A DNA stretch of 35,561 nucleotides from an uncultured Tangfeifania sp. (lineage in GTDB: Bacteria > Bacteroidota > Bacteroidia > Bacteroidales > Prolixibacteraceae), in NCBI GenBank assembly GCA_964443035.1, contig CAYUBV010000003.1, positions 1 through 35,561 of the forward strand. The letters are read 5' to 3'. Of the stretch, positions 10,112 to 17,736 are shown in pieces (the first letter of the stretch is position 1; each line of letters begins with the position of its first letter). The notes under the pieces are model-generated. The model had not been told where the DNA came from, did no database searches, and saw only the letters and a list, made by a program, of their open reading frames with translations. The translations under genes were made by a program, and so were the position numbers.

Positions 10112-10972
10112 TTAACTGATTATCTCTTTCAACGTTTTATCAATCGACGGATAATGATACTGAAAATCTGATTTTTTCATCCTGTCAGGAATAACAGCCG
10201 GACCTTCAGTAAGTATGCCTGCTGCCTCGCCATAAGCCAGTTTCAAAGCAAAACCGGGAACGGTTAAAAATGCCGGACGGTTCAGTGACTTTGCCAAAAC
10301 TTTTGTAAATTCCTTGTTATTGATCATTTCCGGGGCCACCAAATTATAAACTCCGCCGACTTGCTTATTTTCAAGAGCCCATACATATGCGCGCGCCACA
10401 TCATCTTCGTGTACAAACGGAAAGGGCTGTTTCCCGCTTTCAATTTTTCCACCTAATCCCAATTTAAAGGGCAACAGCATTTTTTTAATGGCTTCGGATT
10501 CCGACCCCAATACAATTCCCATTCTGAAAATGGTTAGCTGAACATTTTCAGGTAATTTCGCCCATCCGTTTTCCCAGTCTTTTACAACTGTTCCCACAAA
10601 TCCGGTAGCGAAATCAGTGCTCGACTCATCGTGGGTTTTCCCGTTTTCATAAATGTTAATCGCCGATGCGGAAATAACTTTTTTCGGACGTTCTTCCGGT
10701 TTAATTGCGTCAATGGCTGTGGCAATATTCCGGCTGGTGACTACCCGGCTGTCGTATATTTCTTTTTTGTTTTTTTCTGTCCAACGCTGCATAATTGGTG
10801 CACCTGCCAGAAAATAAACAGCATCAGCACCTGCCAGTTCTTTTTTTAAATCTTTAACCGGACCGTATAATAATTTGCGACTTAATCCTGAAACCTCGTG
10901 CCCGTTTTTTTTCAGCTCTTTTGAAACTTTATTTCCAAGATACCCTGTTGCTCCAGCCATTTTAATTTTCAT
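10112..10972 (-). CDS. TIGR01777/YfcH-like NAD-dependent epimerase family protein
   Basis: GATGYLG Rossmann start, LAGAPI...RWT...YDSRV, F-K-L-G-L-G-G..GKQPFPFVH and a C-terminal DUF1731-like P-x-R segment. Confidence 0.88.
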   Translation of the reverse strand: MKIKMAGATGYLGNKVSKELKKNGHEVSGLSRKLLYGPVKDLKKELAGADAVYFLAGAPIMQRWTEKNKKEIYDSRVVTSRNIATAIDAIKPEERPKKVISASAINIYENGKTHDESSTDFATGFVGTVVKDWENGWAKLPENVQLTIFRMGIVLGSESEAIKKMLLPFKLGLGGKIESGKQPFPFVHEDDVARAYVWALENKQVGGVYNLVAPEMINNKEFTKVLAKSLNRPAFLTVPGFALKLAYGEAAGILTEGPAVIPDRMKKSDFQYHYPSIDKTLKEIIS

Positions 10973-11097
10973 CGCTTATAATTTTAATTCTTTTTAAACC
11001 GATAATACAAAAAAATTTAAAGACTTTCCTTTTCAGCATAACAATTATTTAATGCCTGAAGTTGCAACAATTATTATCCTGAAACCTCAGGTTTTGT

Positions 11098-11105
11098 TAT
11101 TTTTG
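11098..11105 (+). promoter_or_regulatory. -7 box (TATTTTTG) upstream of the ClC pair
   Basis: Exact TAnnTTTG only 8 bp before ATG 11114, so the real start may be the next in-frame ATG at 11135. Confidence 0.55.
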
Positions 11106-11113
11106 AAGGCAAA

Positions 11114-12895
11114 ATGAATTACCTGGGAAATATCATGGGCCGATTTCTCCGCTTCAGAGAACGCAATATGAGCGAACGGAGTTTTATTACTGCTTTAAGC
11201 GTTGTGGTGGGAATTTTTGCCGGATTGGCTGCGGTAGTATTAAAAAATACGGTTCATTTAACCCAAAACCTAATTAGTAAACTTGTTTCGCAGGAAGTTC
11301 ACAATTATATTTATTTTGCACTTCCGGTTCTTGGCATCACTTTAACGGTACTGGTAATCAAATACATTATACGCAGAAATGTAAGGCACGGGATACCAAA
11401 TGTTCTTTACAGCATTTCAAAGAAAAACGGATTTATAAAAAAACATAACCTCTTTTCATCTGTAATCACCAGCGCCCTCACCGTAGGATTTGGCGGGTCG
11501 GTTGGTCTGGAAGGCCCCACTGTGGCTACCGGCACGGCATGGGGGTCGTGGCTGGCGAAAAATTTCAAACTGAGTTACAAAAACCGCATTTTAATGCTGG
11601 CCTGTGCATGTGCCGGCGCTATGGCTGCTATTTTTAAAGCACCCATTGCAGCAATTGTTTTTGCAGTGGAAGTAATAATGATAGATTTAACCGTATTTTC
11701 GCTCGTCCCTTTATTGCTCTCATCGGCAACTGCCGTAGTTGTATCTTACCTTTTCCTGGGGCAAAATGTACTTTATCCTTTCGACGTGCAGGAAGCTTTT
11801 GCCATAAATGATTTGCCGTATTACATTTTGCTCGGAATTATTTCAGGGTTTGTATCGGTTTATTTTACAAAGATTTACATGTTTTTTGGCGGTTTTTTCG
11901 ACAAGCTGAAAAATAATTTTATCCGATTAATGGTTGGTGGAGTTGGGCTGGGTGTTCTGGTTTTTCTGTTTCCCTCGCTTTACGGCGAAGGTTACGAGTC
12001 AATTAATGCAGGGTTGGAAGGGAACCTGGATTATTTGTACAACAACAGTCTTTTTTACAATTACCGCGATGAGCTTTGGGCTACATTAATTCTGCTCGGG
12101 CTTGTTATTATGCTGAAAGTGATAGCCACTTCTCTTACTTTTGGAGCTGGTGGAATTGGCGGAATTTTTGCGCCAACCCTTTTTATGGGGGTAAATACAG
12201 GAATGCTCTTTGCCCTTGTCATCAACACCCTCGGTATCCATAAACTAAATTCCAACAACTTTGCACTTATCGGAATGGCTGGTCTGATTGCAGGCGTACT
12301 TCATGCACCATTAACCGCAATATTTTTAATTGCCGATATTTCGGGCGGCTACAAATTATTTGTCCCGCTAATGATTACAGCAACATTTGCATATATTATT
12401 GTACGCGCTTTTACACCTAATTCTGTATACCATATTCAACTGGCACAACGACGCCAGTTACTCACCCACGATAAAGATGCCAATGTGCTCCAAATGCTGG
12501 AAGTGAGGAACTTGATCGAGAACGATTTTGAGCGGCTCTCGCCCGATGCCACATTGCGTGATTTAACAGATGCAATATCGAGAAATCACCGTAACTTGTT
12601 CCCGGTAGTCGATAACGAGGGAATAATGAAAGGAATGGTAAAAATGGATGATGTAAGGGATTTGATTTTCAAACAGGATTTGTACGACAAGGTAAAAATC
12701 AGCGACCTGATGTATATGCCCGAGTATTCAATAGATCCGGATGACAACATGGAAGAGGTTGCCAAAAAATTTGAATCCTCCGGAAGATATAATCTCGCTG
12801 TAATCGACAAAAACGGCAAATACTATGGTTTTATTTCGAGGGCCCGGGTTTTTACAAAATACCGTAAACAGATAATCGATGTTTCGCACGTATAG
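11114..12895 (+). CDS. ClC-family anion channel/transporter with C-terminal CBS pair (copy 1)
   Basis: Many TM helices; ClC signature segments RHGIP, GGSVGLEGP, GGIFAP and SVY; CBS pair at the C-terminus. Alternative start at 11135. Confidence 0.93.
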   Translation: MNYLGNIMGRFLRFRERNMSERSFITALSVVVGIFAGLAAVVLKNTVHLTQNLISKLVSQEVHNYIYFALPVLGITLTVLVIKYIIRRNVRHGIPNVLYSISKKNGFIKKHNLFSSVITSALTVGFGGSVGLEGPTVATGTAWGSWLAKNFKLSYKNRILMLACACAGAMAAIFKAPIAAIVFAVEVIMIDLTVFSLVPLLLSSATAVVVSYLFLGQNVLYPFDVQEAFAINDLPYYILLGIISGFVSVYFTKIYMFFGGFFDKLKNNFIRLMVGGVGLGVLVFLFPSLYGEGYESINAGLEGNLDYLYNNSLFYNYRDELWATLILLGLVIMLKVIATSLTFGAGGIGGIFAPTLFMGVNTGMLFALVINTLGIHKLNSNNFALIGMAGLIAGVLHAPLTAIFLIADISGGYKLFVPLMITATFAYIIVRAFTPNSVYHIQLAQRRQLLTHDKDANVLQMLEVRNLIENDFERLSPDATLRDLTDAISRNHRNLFPVVDNEGIMKGMVKMDDVRDLIFKQDLYDKVKISDLMYMPEYSIDPDDNMEEVAKKFESSGRYNLAVIDKNGKYYGFISRARVFTKYRKQIIDVSHV

Positions 12896-14684
12896 AATTT
12901 TGTGGAAAAAGTATTCCAGGCGATGGATGAATAAAGCCATTGTGTGGAGAATTGCCAATATTCCGGAACGGCAGTTTATTTATATTCTCAGCCTGATTGT
13001 GGGAATTGTGAGCGGACTGGCAGCACTTGCCCTGAAAAGTTCAATTCATTTTGTAGCAGAGAAACTGACTTTCTGGTTTTCTGCTGATTCAATCAGCTAT
13101 TTATACCTGGTTTACCCACTCATCGGTATTTTCCTGACAGTATTATTTGTCCGTTTTATTATAAAAGACGACATCGGCCACGGCGTTTCAAAAATTTTGT
13201 ACTCCATATCAAAGCAAGGCAGCCGGCTAAAAAAACACAATACCTGGTCATCCATGATTTCAAGTTCGCTTACCATTGGGTTTGGTGGATCAGTAGGAGC
13301 AGAGGCCCCGATTGTTTTAACAGGGGCTTCCATTGGCTCAAACCTGGCGCGTTTTTTTAAACTCAACTACAAATATGTAACCCTGATGGTTGGTTGTGGC
13401 GCAGCAGGTGGAATTGCCGGAATTTTTAACGCCCCGGTTGCAGGTATCGTTTTCACCCTCGAGGTACTGATGCTCGACCTGACAATGGCCTATCTGGTGC
13501 CGCTGCTTATTTCTTCCATTTCAGCCACCATTATTTCCTATTTTTTTATGGGCGAAGATGTTCTGCTGCGTTTTTCTCATGTGGCTGATTTTTCGGTAAA
13601 TAACATTTGGTTTTATATTTTACTGGGAATTTTTACGGGACTGATGGGATTGTACTTTACACGAATGACCATGTTCCTCGAAAATAAGTTTAAGCATCTT
13701 CGTTCCTGGGGGCTGCGACTTCTGATTGGTGGAGTGTCAATGGGAATTCTGGTTTTTATTTTCCCTCCTTTGTGGGGCGAAGGATACACCGAAATCATCA
13801 CCATTTTTAATGGCAACGGTGCCGATTTGCTGAATAACTCCCTGTTTTTTGGCGGTAAAGACAACGATTATATCATCATTCTGTTCCTGGCAGGTGTACT
13901 GGTTTTTAAAGTTTTTGCCATGGTTGCCACCACAGGTTCCGGGGGAGTGGGAGGTATTTTTGCTCCAACGCTTTTTATGGGGGCAATAGCAGGTTTTTTC
14001 TTTGCCCGGGTTATCAATATTTACGATGCGGGAACATTATCCGAGGATAATTTTGCACTGGCAGGAATGGCCGGAATGATGGCTGCCGTTATGCATGCCC
14101 CGCTAACCGGAATATTTCTGACAGCCGAAATTACCCGGGGCTACGGTCTTTTTATTCCACTGATTACAACCTCCACAATTGCCTATTTGACCATCATGCG
14201 TTTCGAACCACATTCGGTTTATACCAAACAACTGGCCAAACGCGGACATTTAATTACCCACCATAAAGATAAAGCGGTACTCCGCTTAATGGAAGTAAAG
14301 CAACTGATAGAAACTGATTTTGAAATAATTTCGCCCGATGCCACATTGAGGGATTTGGTAAAAGCCATTTCACGTTCAAAAAGAAATTTATACCCGGTGG
14401 TCGATGAAAACAGGATTTTGCATGGAATGGTGAAATTATCCGATGTTAAAAGTCTCATTTTCGAGCAGGAATTATACGACGAAGTGAAAGTAAAAGACCT
14501 GATGTACATGCCCGAGCATTTTATATCGCCAACCGATACCATGGAAGCGGTGGCTGAAAAATTTGAAACATCGGGCCGCTACAACCTTGCTGTAATCGAT
14601 AATGGCAGGTACCTCGGTTTTATTTCGCGGGCAGTTGCTTTTTCGAAATACCGGAAAACACTGCAGGATTTTTCAAATGAATAA
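12879..14684 (+). CDS. ClC-family anion channel/transporter with C-terminal CBS pair (copy 2)
   Basis: GHGVS, GGSVGAEAP, GGIFAP, SVY and a CBS pair. Starts at 12879 (17-bp overlap with copy 1) or at in-frame ATG 12927. Confidence 0.93.
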   Translation: MFRTYRILWKKYSRRWMNKAIVWRIANIPERQFIYILSLIVGIVSGLAALALKSSIHFVAEKLTFWFSADSISYLYLVYPLIGIFLTVLFVRFIIKDDIGHGVSKILYSISKQGSRLKKHNTWSSMISSSLTIGFGGSVGAEAPIVLTGASIGSNLARFFKLNYKYVTLMVGCGAAGGIAGIFNAPVAGIVFTLEVLMLDLTMAYLVPLLISSISATIISYFFMGEDVLLRFSHVADFSVNNIWFYILLGIFTGLMGLYFTRMTMFLENKFKHLRSWGLRLLIGGVSMGILVFIFPPLWGEGYTEIITIFNGNGADLLNNSLFFGGKDNDYIIILFLAGVLVFKVFAMVATTGSGGVGGIFAPTLFMGAIAGFFFARVINIYDAGTLSEDNFALAGMAGMMAAVMHAPLTGIFLTAEITRGYGLFIPLITTSTIAYLTIMRFEPHSVYTKQLAKRGHLITHHKDKAVLRLMEVKQLIETDFEIISPDATLRDLVKAISRSKRNLYPVVDENRILHGMVKLSDVKSLIFEQELYDEVKVKDLMYMPEHFISPTDTMEAVAEKFETSGRYNLAVIDNGRYLGFISRAVAFSKYRKTLQDFSNE

Positions 14685-14791
14685 AAAGGTTACTCACTTT
14701 TTATGGTAAGATATTTGATTAATCCGGTTGGAGTTTTTGATTATCAGAGGAGTTCTTAAAATATAAACAGCTAATAATAATAATTTGAGAT

Positions 14792-15784
14792 ATGGTTTCA
14801 AGACGTTCATTTATTGCAAAAAGCGCACTGGGAGTTGCAGGAATAGGTTTATCTGAAAATTTACTTTCAGCAGAAATGTCTTCTGAAATAACCCGGCCTG
14901 TAGTAATTTCCACCTGGAAACACGGGGTGCCGGCCAACGAAGCCGCCTGGGAAATCCTCTCGCAAAACGGTTATTCGCTCGATGCAGTTGAAACCGGAGT
15001 GCGGATTCCTGAAGCAGACCCGGGAGTAATTACAGTAGGTTACGGCGGTATTCCCGATGCCGAAGGAAAGGTTACGCTCGATGCGTGTATTATGGATGAA
15101 AAAGGAGATGCCGGCTCAGTAGCTTTTCTTCAGCACATAAAACACCCCATTTCGGTGGCGCGCCTGATTATGGAAAAAACTCCGCATGTGATGCTCACCG
15201 GAAAAGGAGCCCTGGAATTTGCACTTGAAAACGGGTTCGAAAAAGAAAAACTGCTTACACCTGAAATGCGCAAAAAATGGAAAAAGTGGAGAAAAGAGAA
15301 GAAAGAATTCAGCCCGAAAATCAATATCGAAAACCAACTGGAAGAAAACCACGACACCATCAGCATGCTGGCAGTTGACAGTGAAGGTCGTTTGTGCGGA
15401 GCATGCACAACAAGCGGCATGGCTTATAAAATGCATGGCAGGGTGGGGGATTCGCCCATTATTGGCGCCGGACTTTTTGTTGACGGCGAAGTTGGCGGGG
15501 CAGCAGCAACAGGCTCCGGAGAGCTGGTGATGAAAACACTCGGATCGTTCCTGGTGGTAGAATTGATGCGCAATGGCATGTCTCCAAAAAGGGCTTGCGA
15601 GGAAGCTGTGAAACGAATTGTGAAAAAAATTCCCGACTACGAACAACACCAGATTGGATACATTGCCCTGAACAAATCAGGCGAATATGGCGCATACGCA
15701 TTACAGCCGGGATTCGATTTTGCAGTTAAGAATAAACAACGTTCAGAATTGAAAGATGCCGAATCGTGGCTGAAAAAACTGTAA
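14792..15784 (+). CDS. N4-(beta-N-acetylglucosaminyl)-L-asparaginase (Ntn hydrolase) with Tat signal
   Basis: SRRSFI twin-arginine signal; STW, VGYGG.PD, TLDACIMD, HDTISM (Asp-Thr autocleavage site and nucleophile), TTSG and GRVGDSPIIGAG. Confidence 0.9.
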   Translation: MVSRRSFIAKSALGVAGIGLSENLLSAEMSSEITRPVVISTWKHGVPANEAAWEILSQNGYSLDAVETGVRIPEADPGVITVGYGGIPDAEGKVTLDACIMDEKGDAGSVAFLQHIKHPISVARLIMEKTPHVMLTGKGALEFALENGFEKEKLLTPEMRKKWKKWRKEKKEFSPKINIENQLEENHDTISMLAVDSEGRLCGACTTSGMAYKMHGRVGDSPIIGAGLFVDGEVGGAAATGSGELVMKTLGSFLVVELMRNGMSPKRACEEAVKRIVKKIPDYEQHQIGYIALNKSGEYGAYALQPGFDFAVKNKQRSELKDAESWLKKL

Positions 15785-15863
15785 AACAGCAAAAAAGTTG
15801 AAAACTTTTACACCAAAAGTCAACTAATAATGATAATATTTTAGAATTAACAAGGTAAATTTC

Positions 15864-15871
15864 TATTTTTG
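15864..15871 (+). promoter_or_regulatory. -7 box (TATTTTTG) upstream of the repeat/GH16-like gene
   Basis: Exact TAnnTTTG 26 bp upstream of ATG 15898. Confidence 0.55.
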
Positions 15872-15897
15872 AAAATATAAACCATAAAAGCCGGCTA

Positions 15898-17724
15898 ATG
15901 TCATTTAAAATATTTTCCCTTCAGCTTTTGGGTAAAATAAAACCCGTTGAAAAAATTGAAACACAGCGCGATTTGCTGCGAAAAGATTACGAAGAATTCA
16001 ATAAAGTAGCTGAATCCGATGAATTGAAAGAATTTCTCGGACTTGAGAACTACATTCAATCCGATGAATTTAAAAAACGAAAAGCTGAAATCCAGGGGCT
16101 TCATTTTAAGGATAGCAAAGAATACAACCAGCTAAAAGAATACGAAAAGCTTAAAAACTCAAAGCCTTTTAAAAAGTATTTCAAATTAAAGGATTCGGCA
16201 GAGTTTAAACGCTACCAGTCGTTAAAAGATTCAGAACAGATAAATGAATACCGCTCTTTGCTCGATTTTATTGAAAAAGGAAACTATAAAAAAGAAAAGG
16301 ACGAAATAAAACGAGAAACTTTTAAAGGCTCGTCTGAAGAAAAGAAGCTGGCCGAATTTAACAAGCTGAAAAAGTCGCCGGGAATTAAAGCTTATCTTGA
16401 TTTACACAACTCGGAAACACTAAAGAAACACAATGATTTTTATGAATCTGAAAAGCTGAAAAGGTATTTTGAGCTGAAAGACGCACCAAAAACCGACAAG
16501 CTGCTGAAAAAGGAATTTGCGGCGCTTAAAAGAGATCCGGAAATCAAATCGTACCTCAAATTTGAACATTCAAAAAAATTAAAACTGTACCACGAAACCG
16601 TTGATAGTTATAACCTGAAAAGGTACAATGAACTAAAGAAAACTATTGAGAGTGAAGATTTTAAAAAGCGGGTAGATTATTTAAAAGACAAAAAGAAATT
16701 TGAAAAAACAGATGCTTTCAAAAAGTGGAAACGGTTTAAGGAACTCGCCTCCCGCGATGATGTAAAATTCTTTCTGAAATTTGAAAAATCATCGTTGCTG
16801 AAAAATTATTACGATGTAAAAGATTCGATGGATTACAGGCGTTTTCTTGAATTGAAGGAAATAGTTTCATCCGATGATTTTAAGGCGCGCAAAGAATACC
16901 TCGAAGATGAAAAGAAATGGGAAAAAACCGACGATTACAGCAAAGAGCAGCATTACCTCGAAATGAAAAAACTGCCCCACCTGGTAAAATACTTCAAGTA
17001 CAAAGACACGGATGCTTTCAGTTTTTTCAGGGAGTGGAAAGTTAATTTTCAGGATAATTTTTCTGAAAATTCGTTGGATACAACCAAGTGGTCGACCAAA
17101 ACTTTGTGGGCTGAAAACCTGCCGGGAGGAAACTACTCCATGCCGGGAGATTTACACACATTTACCGACGGTGAAAACATTAAAATAAACGATAAACTTA
17201 TCATCGAAACCCGTCGCGAAAGTGCCAACGGAATGGTTTGGAAAATGCCTGCCGGTTTTGTACCTGTCAAATTTGATTTTACAACAGGATTACTTTCAAC
17301 CGGTAAAAGTTTTTGGCAGAAAGACGGAATTTTTGAGGCCAAAATTAAATTCAACCCACAAAAAGAAGTGGTCAGCTCGGTCATGCTTCAGGGAGAATCG
17401 GTTTCTCCGCGAATTATGCTCCTCGAAATGGGCACAAAAAACAGGCTGGGAGTTGCGCATATAATGAATACCGGCAAAATGAAAGTGGACGGGCTCGACA
17501 TTTCAAACCTGCATAAAAACAAGTGGTATATTTTTACCCTTGAAAAAAAGGGAGAAACACTTACCTGGAAAATCAATGAAACTGAAGTTTTAAAACTCGA
17601 TAATCAAAAAATTGACTTCAACCTCCACCTCAACTTTCTCAGCATGGTTGTTTTCGATATTCCCGGCTCAAAATTGCCGGTACAATTTGAAACCGACTGG
17701 GTAAAATGCTACCTCAGGAAATGA
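15898..17724 (+). CDS. Uncharacterised protein: Lys/Glu-rich helical repeat region plus C-terminal GH16-like beta-jelly-roll domain lacking the catalytic motif
   Basis: From aa 380: WKVNFQDNF...LDTTKW, FTTGLLST..SF.QKDGIFEAKIK, WYIFTLE...LTWKIN and FETDWVKCY follow the GH16 scaffold. The ExDxxE position reads RIMLLE. No signal peptide. Confidence 0.72.
   Translation: MSFKIFSLQLLGKIKPVEKIETQRDLLRKDYEEFNKVAESDELKEFLGLENYIQSDEFKKRKAEIQGLHFKDSKEYNQLKEYEKLKNSKPFKKYFKLKDSAEFKRYQSLKDSEQINEYRSLLDFIEKGNYKKEKDEIKRETFKGSSEEKKLAEFNKLKKSPGIKAYLDLHNSETLKKHNDFYESEKLKRYFELKDAPKTDKLLKKEFAALKRDPEIKSYLKFEHSKKLKLYHETVDSYNLKRYNELKKTIESEDFKKRVDYLKDKKKFEKTDAFKKWKRFKELASRDDVKFFLKFEKSSLLKNYYDVKDSMDYRRFLELKEIVSSDDFKARKEYLEDEKKWEKTDDYSKEQHYLEMKKLPHLVKYFKYKDTDAFSFFREWKVNFQDNFSENSLDTTKWSTKTLWAENLPGGNYSMPGDLHTFTDGENIKINDKLIIETRRESANGMVWKMPAGFVPVKFDFTTGLLSTGKSFWQKDGIFEAKIKFNPQKEVVSSVMLQGESVSPRIMLLEMGTKNRLGVAHIMNTGKMKVDGLDISNLHKNKWYIFTLEKKGETLTWKINETEVLKLDNQKIDFNLHLNFLSMVVFDIPGSKLPVQFETDWVKCYLRK
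16015..17037 (+). repeat. Five degenerate ~72-aa protein repeats (one shortened to 53 aa)
   Basis: Units begin at aa 40 (SDELKEFLGL), 112 (SEQINEYRSL), 184 (SEKLKRYFEL), 237 (SYNLKRYNEL) and 310 (SMDYRRFLEL); aligned by eye. Confidence 0.7.
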
Positions 17725-17736
17725 GTTGATTCGGAA

